Assembly (NCBI GenBank): GCA_027622715.1
Contig: JAQBYN010000017.1
Coordinates: 577 to 64,576, forward strand
From: Pseudomonadota bacterium
GTDB lineage: Bacteria > Pseudomonadota > Alphaproteobacteria > SHVP01
DNA length: 64,000 nt
Direction of reading: 5' to 3'
Shown here: piece after piece, positions 1 through 8,399 of the stretch
Position numbering within the stretch: the stretch's first letter is position 1
Layout of the letters: the number at the start of each line of letters is the position of its first letter
Position numbers and translations under genes: made by a program
The notes under the pieces: model-generated
The model's database searches: none
Seen by the model: only the letters and a program-made list of their open reading frames with translations
Told to the model about the DNA's origin: nothing

Positions 1-994
1 CATATGCGCTAAAAGTCGCCACCGTTCCGTCGCCGCTACCAACGGTCCACTTCCCTAAACTGATCCCGCCCGAAGGGACATCAACGTGCGTCAAGGTATC
101 CAAGAAGAAACCGGCAATGCGATGCTCATTGACGCCCCTCGGTTGGGAGCCAACGATCTCGCTCAGCTGGGCGGCTCGTTCTAGGTTCTTCTTTATGGTG
201 CCAAGTTTTTGACCGGTTGTGAACGCGGCGGGAAGCAAGTCAAGTTGGAGCCATGTTTCGAACTCCATGACGTCCACACGCTCGCCATTGGCAGAACAGC
301 AGTTGTATCTTGGAAGGAGTTCAAACAGCGACGGAAAGGTGAGTATGACATCTCTAATTGTTTGCATTCCTCCGGCAACGTGATTGGCAAATGGTCCCCA
401 CCCCGTTTGCAACAAGCGCAGGGTCTGAAGCGACCCGCGGTACGGCGTCCCCATGGCTACTAGGTTTTGGACTCTCCCGTTGCCAAACTCCTTGATGTAG
501 ATCCTCGCAACTAGACCACCCATGCTGTGCGCGAGAATGTCGAAATCGCCGCTTGGAATTTTTTCCTTTACGAATTGGTCGAACCGGGCCGCCGTCTCAA
601 AATTGCTCTGCCGCCAATCGTAACCAAATACGAGAAGTTGGTTGGGGGGCGCCTGGCTTTCCCGGTACCCCAATGCGCCCAAAATCTCTATAAGGGAGTC
701 ATACTGTCGGACTTTAATGAAGGGCCCGAGAAGCCTGAATTCCGTCACCAGGCCTTTTGCTTCGAAGGGCGGCGCACCCTCTATTCGTCGCAACCGGTCA
801 AGCTGAGTTAGGGAACTGACATCTCCCCAGACCAGTTGGCCGCTACTATCGGCAAGTCTCGACCCAAGTATTCCCGGAATGAAAACCAGAGGACGCTCGG
901 GCTTTGCATACGCCCCAGACGGCGGAACCATCGCGACGACGGCGCCCACTAGAAAAACCAAAGAAAATCTTAGGCTCCCCAAAGCCTCCAGCAT
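1..994 (-). CDS. Secreted alpha/beta-hydrolase lipase, LCAT/class-2 lipase-like. The gene is partial: the N-terminal 331 aa are in the window and the C-terminus runs off the edge.
   Basis: I translated the minus strand by hand from ATG at 994 and found no in-frame stop to position 1 (checked every tta/cta/tca phase). There is an in-frame stop just upstream (1010-1012). The N-terminus is signal-peptide-like (MLEALGSLRFSLVFLVGAVVAMVPPSGAYA). A GxSxG nucleophile motif (AHSMGG) is present, and a GDGTV motif sits near the window edge. The track omits this ORF because it lacks a stop inside the window. GC is ~50% against ~65% elsewhere. Confidence 0.6.
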   Translation of the reverse strand, partial: MLEALGSLRFSLVFLVGAVVAMVPPSGAYAKPERPLVFIPGILGSRLADSSGQLVWGDVSSLTQLDRLRRIEGAPPFEAKGLVTEFRLLGPFIKVRQYDSLIEILGALGYRESQAPPNQLLVFGYDWRQSNFETAARFDQFVKEKIPSGDFDILAHSMGGLVARIYIKEFGNGRVQNLVAMGTPYRGSLQTLRLLQTGWGPFANHVAGGMQTIRDVILTFPSLFELLPRYNCCSANGERVDVMEFETWLQLDLLPAAFTTGQKLGTIKKNLERAAQLSEIVGSQPRGVNEHRIAGFFLDTLTHVDVPSGGISLGKWTVGSGDGTVATFSAY

Positions 995-1030
995 CTTCGC
1001 GCCCCCGGGCTAGAAAGCCTACCGGGAGAT

Positions 1031-1036
1031 ATTATA
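1031..1036 (-). promoter_or_regulatory. Consensus sigma70 -10 box (TATAAT) ~35 nt upstream of the lipase start. An extended-10-like TGATACAAT lies just upstream of it.
   Basis: The minus-strand sequence reads ...TTGGCGGCAACGTGATACAATCTTAGGTATAATATCTCCC...ATG. A perfect TATAAT is rare in this GC-rich DNA. Confidence 0.3.
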
Positions 1037-1094
1037 CCTAAGATTGTATCACGTTGCCGCCAAATTCGACCATCCCCGGTGGGATGACGCGCCG

Positions 1095-2327
1095 TTAGTC
1101 GACTTGCACGACCATCGCTTTGAGGTAGCGGCTTTGCGGTAGCATTGGATGGGCCGGGTGATCGGCGGAGGCTTCGGCAACACGCAGAACGCGCCCTTTG
1201 CGGCCGGCTAACGACAGCCCGTGCGCGACCTCATCTTCGAACGCGTCGCGCTCGACGAGATGCGAACAGGACGCAGCAAACAGAAAGCCGCCCGGGGTAA
1301 CCAAGGTGGCCGCTTGGTGAAACAGTTTGCGATACCCTTTGAGACCGACGGCCAAGTTCTTCCGCGATTTGACGAAGGCAGGCGGATCGCACACGACGAT
1401 ATCGAACCGCTCGTTCGCCTTGGCAAGGTCTTCCATGAACCCCGGCAGGGTGTGCGCCTCGAAACTGCAAATCTCGCCAACGCCATTGCGCGCCGCGGAT
1501 TCTCGCGCGAGTTCAAGGGCAGGTTCTGAACGATCGACACCCACGACGTCGCGCGCGCCCGCTTTGGCGGCGAGGATCCCGAAGCCCCCTAGGTAGCAAT
1601 AGAGATCGAGCACCCGCGCGCCTTTGGCGAGCGATGCAACAAACGCGCGGTTGTCGCGTTGATCGTAAAACCAACCGGTCTTTTGGCCGCCGCCGATGGG
1701 CGCCAAAAACAGCGCGCCGTTTTCTTCAATGACCATCGGTTCGTCGGGCAAAGTACCGATGACCTCGTCATAGAAGTTGAGACCTTCTAACGCGCGGACC
1801 GGCGAATCGTTTTTCAGAACGATCGCCCGAGGACTGAGCACCTCGCCAATCGCCCCGGTAATCGCCTCGCGATGCAGTTCCGCTCCTGCCGTATTAAGCT
1901 GACAGACCACAACATCGCCGTAACGGTCGACGATGACGCCCGGCAAGCCGTCGGCTTCGGCATGGATCAACCGGTAAAACGGCGCGGCGTAAAGCCGGTC
2001 GCGCAACGCGCACGCTTGCACCAAGCGCGCCGCAACGAAGGCCTGGTCGAAGGCCTGCTTGGGATCATCGGCAAAAACGCGCCCGGCGATCAAGCTATGT
2101 GGATTGAAGAACGCGGCGCCGAGCGGGCGGCCCATCTGTTCTTGCAAGCGCACGACGCTGCCTGGCGGGATCGCCTTCGCGGCATTGCTCATTTCGATTT
2201 CGTTGGAGAATACCCACGGACTGCCACGGCGCACCCGTTTGGTGCGGGTCACCATGACCACGGGGGTCGCGCCGGCGCTTTTTGCGGGTTCCTCGGCTAC
2301 GTCGGTCATGCCCACATCGTTTCGCAC
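1095..2327 (-). CDS. rlmI: 23S rRNA (cytosine-C5) methyltransferase, RlmI/RlmK-like. It has a PUA-like N-terminus and a class I SAM methyltransferase domain.
   Basis: 410-aa ORF. The conserved PWVFSNEI N-terminal block is present, and motif I is VLDLYCYLGGFG. The true start may be the internal MTDVAEE. Confidence 0.7.
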   Translation of the reverse strand: MRNDVGMTDVAEEPAKSAGATPVVMVTRTKRVRRGSPWVFSNEIEMSNAAKAIPPGSVVRLQEQMGRPLGAAFFNPHSLIAGRVFADDPKQAFDQAFVAARLVQACALRDRLYAAPFYRLIHAEADGLPGVIVDRYGDVVVCQLNTAGAELHREAITGAIGEVLSPRAIVLKNDSPVRALEGLNFYDEVIGTLPDEPMVIEENGALFLAPIGGGQKTGWFYDQRDNRAFVASLAKGARVLDLYCYLGGFGILAAKAGARDVVGVDRSEPALELARESAARNGVGEICSFEAHTLPGFMEDLAKANERFDIVVCDPPAFVKSRKNLAVGLKGYRKLFHQAATLVTPGGFLFAASCSHLVERDAFEDEVAHGLSLAGRKGRVLRVAEASADHPAHPMLPQSRYLKAMVVQVD

Positions 2328-2565
2328 ACCTCGGCCCGTTCGCCGTCGGGTCCCAGAAAACTCAAGGCGCGGGCACCGTTGTAGGGCGGCGACGCCATAG
2401 CACGCGGCTCGGCGATGAGGCGCGCGTGCGCGGACTTATGAACTGCCGCGGCCACCATGTCGAGGTTCGTGCCCCACACGTCCGCCAGGAACGCGCCGAA
2501 TCGTTGCGGTGCGGCACACGCACCTGTCGCTGCGGCGAGGGTAGTGACCAGCGGTTTAGCCACGG

Positions 2566-3318
2566 TTAGTAGCGTTCCATTAGCGCGCCATAACCGCCGA
2601 TATGGTCGGCAATGCCGTTGGATCGCAGCGCATGCCAGTAAGTCGCGACATTGACACTGATTACCGGACGGTCGAGCCATTGTTCGGCGACGGCGGCGAA
2701 ACGGCCCATCGGCAGGTTGGCGCCGAACTGAATGATCGCGTCGGCGCCGTCGTCAGCAAGTTGCTGGAGGCCGTCGCGCAAGGCGCTGCGCGGCGTATGC
2801 GCAATCACGACCGGACCGGCAGAACGCAGATGCACCATGCTGCTGACCGCGTAGCCGATGTCGTCCATGAATTTCTGAATGTGCTGCTCGGCCGTCGGCA
2901 TGTAGGGCGTGAGCAAGCCAACCTTGCCGGTCACGCCATAGGCCTTCAGCGCCGCGGGTAGCGCGTCGGCCGCCAGCGTGACGCCCAGCCCGCCCGACCG
3001 TTTGGCCATGCGCGCCTTGACCTCTTGCGCCGCGGCCAAGCCACCGCCCCAAATGCTTTCTGCCGATATGCCGAGGATCATGTGATCGGGGCTGCAGGTC
3101 ATCACGCGATCGACCGCCTCTTCTAAGGCCACGTCGATGCGCCGGATCAGTTCTTCAAAGTCGGCATCGTTGGTGATCGGATCGTCCGGGATGTGCATTC
3201 GACCGACATGATTGGTGACACCGAGCGGTCGCAGGTCGTCGTATTCCGGTTGCACGATGGTATTTGTCGAGGGCGTCACGACGCCGAATTTCATCCGCCA
3301 AGCGAGGCCGTCGCCCAT
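2566..3318 (-). CDS. Asp/Glu/hydantoin racemase superfamily protein, maleate isomerase / arylmalonate decarboxylase-like.
   Basis: 250 aa. It shows the family pattern of two pseudo-symmetric halves (GVVTPSTN ... LTPY). An SD (AAGGAGCAACGACA) lies upstream of the ATG at 3318. Confidence 0.65.
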   Translation of the reverse strand: MGDGLAWRMKFGVVTPSTNTIVQPEYDDLRPLGVTNHVGRMHIPDDPITNDADFEELIRRIDVALEEAVDRVMTCSPDHMILGISAESIWGGGLAAAQEVKARMAKRSGGLGVTLAADALPAALKAYGVTGKVGLLTPYMPTAEQHIQKFMDDIGYAVSSMVHLRSAGPVVIAHTPRSALRDGLQQLADDGADAIIQFGANLPMGRFAAVAEQWLDRPVISVNVATYWHALRSNGIADHIGGYGALMERY

Positions 3319-3332
3319 TGTCGTTGCTCCTT

Positions 3333-3392
3333 CTTAGGTCCAGGTCTTGCTGGCTTAGGTCCAGGTCTTGCTGGCTTAGGTCCAGGTCTTGC
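3333..3392. repeat. Tandem 21-bp repeat, 2.9 copies. The plus-strand unit is CTTAGGTCCAGGTCTTGCTGG.
   Basis: I read it directly. Copies sit at 3333-3353, 3354-3374 and 3375-3392. The third copy overlaps the cupin stop codon at 3376-3378. Confidence 0.9.
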
Positions 3393-3759
3393 GCGCGGGC
3401 GACTTGATCTCGATGAGAACACAGTCTTCCAGCGCTTCGCTCATGTGCCACACGCCAATGGGGTGGCGCCAGACATCGCCGGGTTCGCACATGAAGGTCT
3501 CGTCGCCGATGTGCATGCGCAGCTTGCCTTCCAACAATGTCGCCACCGATTCATGGTCGTCATGCTTTTGCCACGGGTCGGTAATGCCCTTCATTTTCCA
3601 GGCTTTGAAGACCAGCATGGCCTCGGTGACCATGAGGACTTTGAGGTACAGACCCTCGGGCTCCATGACGCCCTCGACGGATTCGATCTTCACCTTTTCC
3701 AGCGCGTCATCGCGCAAGAACAGGGCCTCGAAAGGCGTCATATGGCGGTCTTCGCTCAT
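3376..3759 (-). CDS. Cupin domain protein (cupin_2-like metal-binding motifs).
   Basis: 127 aa. It carries HQHDDHE (HxH...E) and PGDVWRHPIGVWH motifs. An SD (AAGGGGA) precedes the ATG. It is a paralog of the ORF at 60641..61030 at roughly 65% identity, with near-identical 3' DNA. Confidence 0.7.
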   Translation of the reverse strand: MSEDRHMTPFEALFLRDDALEKVKIESVEGVMEPEGLYLKVLMVTEAMLVFKAWKMKGITDPWQKHDDHESVATLLEGKLRMHIGDETFMCEPGDVWRHPIGVWHMSEALEDCVLIEIKSPARKTWT

Positions 3760-4125
3760 GGCATCCCCTTGGCTGCTGGTTGGCGGCTAGGCGGCGGTGG
3801 CCCCAGCTTGGCCCCCTGCAAAGCCGGATCGTAGCTGGAATTCGCTCTTTATGAGCGGTTTTCTGGCGCGGATTTCGGACGGCTGGACCACAAGATGTGT
3901 GGCATCCCGAATCGAAATGCACTACAGTTTGGGGGTCATTAACAAAACGTAAGGAGGTGATCCATTGTCTAGCGGAATATGTGGCGACAAACGCCAGTTC
4001 GGTGAAGCGACGGTGGAACTACCTTCACGGTCGGCTTAGAGGACTGGACGAATCGTCCATGGGCGTTTTACGCCTAATCTCGCGGGGGCGGTCTTAACGG
4101 GCCGCCCTTTCGCGTTTCGGGGTCG

Positions 4126-5292
4126 CTAATAGCTTTTCGGCAGGCCGAGCACGCGTTCGGCGATGTAGCACAGGATCAGCTGTTGGCTGACCGGCGCCAG
4201 GCGCGCGATCATCACCTCGCGCAGTAAGCGCTCCACAACAAACTCTTTGGCATAGCCATAGCCGCCGTGGGTTAGCACCGCGCGCTCGCAGGCGCGGTAG
4301 GCGACCTCGGCCGCAAGGTACTTGGCGGCGTTGGCTTCGGCGCCGCACGCTTGGCCCGTGTCGTAAAGCTGCGCCGCTTTCAGCATCAGCAGGTCGGCTG
4401 CTTCGAGTTCGGCCCAACTTTCCGCTAGCGGGTGTTGGATCGCTTGGTTTTGTCCGATGGGGCGGCCGAACACGATGCGCTCACCGGCGTATTTCGCGGC
4501 GCGTTGAATCGCGTAGCGGCCAATGCCGATCGCTTCGGCGGCGACCAAAATGCGCTCCGGGTTGAGGCCGTGCAGGAGGTAGCGGAACCCAAGCCCTTCC
4601 TCGCCAATTCGATCTTCGAGCGGCACCGGTAAGTCATCGATGAAGACCTCATTTGAGTCGACGGCCTTGCGGCCCATCTTGTCGATCTCGCGCACCGTGA
4701 CGTAATCGCGGTCGAGTTTCGTGTAGAACAACGACAGGCCATCGGTCCCCTTGGCGCCATCGTTACGCGGGGTTGTGCGGACCAACAGCAAGATGTGATC
4801 GGCCTCTTGCGCGGTGGATGTCCACACCTTGCGGCCCTGCACGATGTAGGTGTCGCCGTCGCGCACCGCTTTGGTCTTAATGCTGCCGGTATCCAGGCCG
4901 GCGTCGGGTTCGGTCACCCCAAAACAGGCGCGGTGTTCGCCCTTGATGATCGGCGGCAGCATCCGGGCCCGCTGTTCTTCCGTACCGAAAACCACCACGG
5001 GATTGAGACCGAAAATATTGAGATGAACCGACGACGCCGCGCCGAATGCGCCGGGACCGCACGCCACTGTCTGCATCATCAGCGCCGCTTCGGTGATGCC
5101 GAGCCCGGCGCCGCCGTAAGCTTGCGGCATGGCGACACCGAGCCAGCCATCCTTGGCCATCGCGTCGGCAAACTCGTGAGGAAACCCGCCCTCGTGGTCG
5201 CGCGTCAACCAATAGGTCTCGTCGAAACGCGCGGCAATGCGACCGACCGCGTCCTGGATCGCGCGCTGGTCGTCGTTTAGCGAGAAATCCAT
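4126..5292 (-). CDS. Acyl-CoA dehydrogenase.
   Basis: 388 aa. It shows the typical ACAD layout: an N-terminal alpha domain, a middle beta domain with a YAGER-like segment, and the C-terminal alpha domain. Confidence 0.9.
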   Translation of the reverse strand: MDFSLNDDQRAIQDAVGRIAARFDETYWLTRDHEGGFPHEFADAMAKDGWLGVAMPQAYGGAGLGITEAALMMQTVACGPGAFGAASSVHLNIFGLNPVVVFGTEEQRARMLPPIIKGEHRACFGVTEPDAGLDTGSIKTKAVRDGDTYIVQGRKVWTSTAQEADHILLLVRTTPRNDGAKGTDGLSLFYTKLDRDYVTVREIDKMGRKAVDSNEVFIDDLPVPLEDRIGEEGLGFRYLLHGLNPERILVAAEAIGIGRYAIQRAAKYAGERIVFGRPIGQNQAIQHPLAESWAELEAADLLMLKAAQLYDTGQACGAEANAAKYLAAEVAYRACERAVLTHGGYGYAKEFVVERLLREVMIARLAPVSQQLILCYIAERVLGLPKSY

Positions 5293-5308
5293 TGGCGCGC
5301 CCCGATCC

Positions 5309-6013
5309 CTAGGTGACGAGTTCTAGAAGACAGCGGACCTCTTCGCCGTCGACGGACGTTACCGGACCGAGGAACCGGAAATCTATTTTCATCTCATGGA
5401 TACTGAAGACGCTGTTGAGGGAAAACGTCTTCTTCGCCAGTTCGCGCACCTTCTGATACGGCACAAATCGGCCGTGTGTCGTGATTTCGGCGCCACAGGC
5501 CAGCAGCACCCTGGGGCGCGACGGCGGCACCGCGTCAAGCGACACCGTGGCCCGGACATGGACAGCACACGATTCGAACCCAACGCCGACCGCTCGTTCC
5601 CGACAGTCCAGGCGGGTGGTCATGATTGTCACATGGGATCCTTTCGGTAACCCGGGTTCGGGCTCCGGCGCTTTGTACTGCGGCACCGCTGCGGCACCCG
5701 AGCCCAAGTTCAGATGCGAAAGGGCCACCCACCCCTTCAACGAAATACTCCCCTTGCGGTATTGGATCTCGGCCCAAGACCCTTGTCGCGACAACACGCC
5801 TACCGATCGACCAGCCGGCACGCCATCGACGACTGGCCCGCCGGGCGTCTCGTGGACCGTTGCGCGCTGTGTCGTCTGCGCACCCTGGCCCTGTGCTGCA
5901 GCATCGCGCGGGGTCGCCAGGCACAGCGCGGCTAGAAGGCCGCACAGCACGAGCAGTCGCCAGCTGGCACGTTCGCGCCCGGACTTCGCAACGCTGTGCG
6001 CGCGCAAGTTCAT
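5309..6013 (-). CDS. Secreted hypothetical protein with a bacterial SH3-like segment.
   Basis: 234 aa with a signal-peptide-like N-terminus (WRLLVLCGLLAALCLA). Its start codon overlaps the upstream stop as ATGA (6010-6013). Heavy antisense ORFs here are GC artefacts. Confidence 0.5.
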   Translation of the reverse strand: MNLRAHSVAKSGRERASWRLLVLCGLLAALCLATPRDAAAQGQGAQTTQRATVHETPGGPVVDGVPAGRSVGVLSRQGSWAEIQYRKGSISLKGWVALSHLNLGSGAAAVPQYKAPEPEPGLPKGSHVTIMTTRLDCRERAVGVGFESCAVHVRATVSLDAVPPSRPRVLLACGAEITTHGRFVPYQKVRELAKKTFSLNSVFSIHEMKIDFRFLGPVTSVDGEEVRCLLELVT

Positions 6014-6913
6014 TTCTTGGCGCGGCGGGCCGCTTTCTTCGGCCTGGGTGCGCGGGCTTTCGCCGCAACCGGTTTTCTCTTGGCCGCCGCTTTCTTCTTG
6101 GCAGGCTTCGCGGCCTTCGCCTTCGTCGCTTTGCCCTTGGCCGCTTCGCGCTTTTCATAGTTCGCGGCGGCGCGCAGCATCGCGTGAATCATGCCAGGCT
6201 TTTCGACCATGGGTCGCGGGTGGGCCAAGCGCGAGTGGCTGTGGCCCAGGCTCAACATGGTTTCGACCATTTTGTAGGTCAGTGGGCCCGGATTGACGAC
6301 GGGCACCGGCAGGTTCTCGTTCAACCAAACGCCGGCCTGATGCATCGTGGTCGAGCCCAGCAAGATAACGTCGGCGCCCTTGGCAATGGCCCGTTCGGCC
6401 GCGGCCTTCATCAGCGGAAACATCGCCTCTTCCTTGCCGGTCATCAGCTTGGCCACATCCGTTTTGCCGCCGCCGATGGGTTCGACCGCCGCCAAGAATT
6501 GGGACAGCTGGCGCTGCTCGGCCCATTGCCGATGATTGAGACAGCCGGCCTCGTTCATCGCTAATACGCCAAAGCGCGAGCCCAGCATCAGCGCGTAGAG
6601 CATCGCCGTGCGCCCCGGGGCGACGACAGGAATATCGAGGACACTGCGCAACGCGCCCGCGGCCGAGTCCGACGTCGCGTCGATCACCACAGCGTCGTAG
6701 CCCTCTTCCTGCGCGGTGAGACCGGCCTCGAAACAACCCGCGTCCATCAAGAACCAATCATGGTCGCTCATGAAGCTCGTGCAGCTGGCTTGCACGGGGC
6801 GAAAATCGAAGTCGATATCGGGACCGAGCTTGACGGACTTGAGCTGGAGTTTCCGGTTCGCGACGCCGTCGGCGTCGAGCGGAAACGGGACGATCACGAG
6901 GCCTTTGGGCATG
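6010..6913 (-). CDS. Asp/Glu/hydantoin racemase family protein (HyuE-like) with a ~45-aa C-terminal Lys/Ala/Pro-rich histone-H1-like tail.
   Basis: The track ORF runs to 7200. The plausible start is MPKGLVIVPF at 6913, with AGGA upstream. The racemase-like core is ~250 aa. The tail reads ...EKREAAKGKATKAKAAKPAKKKAAAKRKPVAAKARAPRPKKAARRAKK. Confidence 0.65.
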
Positions 6914-6955
6914 GCTGTCGATCCTATTGTTTTTCGAATGGAGACGCGGTGGCGC

Positions 6956-7963
6956 CTAGAACAATTCTGCTTCCTTGACGTGGCGGCGTACCGACTGGGC
7001 GAACCAATCAAAGTGGTGTGGGCCGAAGGACATGTGACCGACCACATTGACCCCGTCGGACATCCCACACATGTAGCTGAATTCCTTGGACAGCATGAAG
7101 AGCGGCAGGCACGCACGCTCAAAATCCTCCAGCGGCCGTACCGCTTCGTAGCCCTGCATGTAGGCCTCCGTCGTTTGTGCCGTGATCTTCTTGTTGCCAC
7201 TTTGAATGAAGAAGGAGTTGGCCCAGGCTGGACTCATGCAGTCGTGCATCAAATGCGATTCGCCGCAGGTGTCGAAATCGAGAATCGTGAAGTTGTCGTC
7301 AGGCGTCACGAAGACATTCCGTACGTGCACGTCGCCGTGAATCGGACCGTATGGAACGCCGGCCGCGTAGGCCGCCTCCAATTTTTTCGGCAGCACGTCG
7401 GCAACTTTTTCGTAAAACGCGCGATCGTCGGGCCGCTCGTCGAGGCGCGCCACGAGTGCCGGAAACTTGCGCCTGATCTCGCCTGGAAAATCGATCGGGC
7501 GTGACGTCTTCCCTTTGAAGTCGGCGCCGGCAATATGCATTTGCGCGATGGCGCCGCCAATCCGCCGCGCCAGATCGGGTTTGGGGTCGGCATAGAACTG
7601 ATCGCCGTCCGCCCACTCGAACAGGCAGACGCGCCGGGAGCCCTCAGGCGCATCGATACCGAACGAAAGGTCGCCGTTGGCATCAGGCACCGCCACGATA
7701 ACCGGTATGCCCTTTTTCTCGAGATGGGCGAGATAGTCCAATTCCCAGGTGACGTTGTCTGCGGTGTGCTTGTCGGCGCGCCAAACCCGCGCGGCGAAAC
7801 GGTCCGTGCCGCTCTTCACCACATAGACATCGTTCATCCCGCGGGTAATCAGCTCGCAATGTACGGGCGCTGGGAGGTTCCAGCGCCGGCGAATTTCTTC
7901 GCCCAACGCCGCGTTATCAACCACCGAATGGAGAATTGGAAACATGACCCCTCCCTGAGGCAC
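6956..7963 (-). CDS. Phosphotransferase, APH / choline-kinase / homoserine-kinase-II fold. Paralog 1 of 3.
   Basis: 335 aa. It carries the Brenner-type HGDVHVRN motif and the DFD motif. Confidence 0.8.
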   Translation of the reverse strand: MPQGGVMFPILHSVVDNAALGEEIRRRWNLPAPVHCELITRGMNDVYVVKSGTDRFAARVWRADKHTADNVTWELDYLAHLEKKGIPVIVAVPDANGDLSFGIDAPEGSRRVCLFEWADGDQFYADPKPDLARRIGGAIAQMHIAGADFKGKTSRPIDFPGEIRRKFPALVARLDERPDDRAFYEKVADVLPKKLEAAYAAGVPYGPIHGDVHVRNVFVTPDDNFTILDFDTCGESHLMHDCMSPAWANSFFIQSGNKKITAQTTEAYMQGYEAVRPLEDFERACLPLFMLSKEFSYMCGMSDGVNVVGHMSFGPHHFDWFAQSVRRHVKEAELF

Positions 7964-7994
7964 CCAGGCTCATTCTAACGCGCTGTGGCGCGGG

Positions 7995-8336
7995 TTAGGC
8001 GGAAATATCCGCTGGGAAGACGTGAGCGCCGTCCGGACCGAGCGGCAGGTCATGCGCCGCGACAACAGCGGACACGGGCAGCGCGCCGTAGAGGTGCGGG
8101 AAGAGCACGCCACCGCGCGACGGCTCCCACTTCAATGTTTCGCCCAGCGGCACAGGGTCGACGACGAGAAGGACAAGACTGCTTTGACCGGCACGGTGTC
8201 GCGCAACGCTTTCCCGCAATTGTGCGAGGGCGGAGAAGTGAATGAACCCGTCGCGCGTGTCGTCGGGTGAGCCGGTGTAGCGGCCCGCCGTCTTTGCCAG
8301 CGCCCAATCGGCAGCCTTGCACACGTGATAAATCAT
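7995..8336 (-). CDS. DUF952 family protein.
   Basis: It starts MIYHVCKAADW, which is the typical DUF952 N-terminus. The track ORF extends 14 codons further upstream. Confidence 0.55.
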   Translation of the reverse strand: MIYHVCKAADWALAKTAGRYTGSPDDTRDGFIHFSALAQLRESVARHRAGQSSLVLLVVDPVPLGETLKWEPSRGGVLFPHLYGALPVSAVVAAHDLPLGPDGAHVFPADISA

Positions 8337-8399
8337 CGGACACCTATTTGGCGTTACGCCGCGCTGGATTGCCAGCAAGCGCCGTATCCTAGGTGCCCC

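Noticed and set aside
527-811. Track ORFs 527..811(+), 209..463(+) and 193..390(-).
   Set aside because: They lie inside, and out of frame with, the uninterrupted 331-codon lipase reading frame that I verified by hand on the minus strand.
2306-2680. 124-aa minus-strand ORF filling the 238-bp gap between rlmI and the racemase-like gene.
   Set aside because: Its 5' part overlaps the racemase coding region. The remaining ~50 codons have no SD and no recognisable features. It is more likely a promoter or UTR region. A small protein cannot be excluded.
3950-3964. Possible 16S rRNA gene fragment.
   Set aside because: Identity to the 16S 3' end stops after 15 nt. The flanking sequence bears no resemblance to rRNA. 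It is retained only as an anti-SD-complement curiosity.
5481-6564. Long antisense or overlapping ORFs (5481..6296+, 5626..6564+, 5535..6158-), and many similar ones elsewhere (for example 18550..19422-, 19432..20241-, 35546..36046+, 45070..45819-).
   Set aside because: They have a skewed Arg/Ala/Pro composition typical of out-of-frame reading of high-GC coding DNA. They lack recognisable domains and start contexts. They are fully overlapped by well-supported genes on the other strand or frame.
6913-7200. N-terminal 96 codons of track ORF 6010..7200 (MATRRSRHKRRR...).
   Set aside because: This portion overlaps the 3' end of the APH kinase gene on the same strand, in another frame. The ORF is open only for lack of a stop. 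The internal start at 6913 has an SD and begins the conserved domain.
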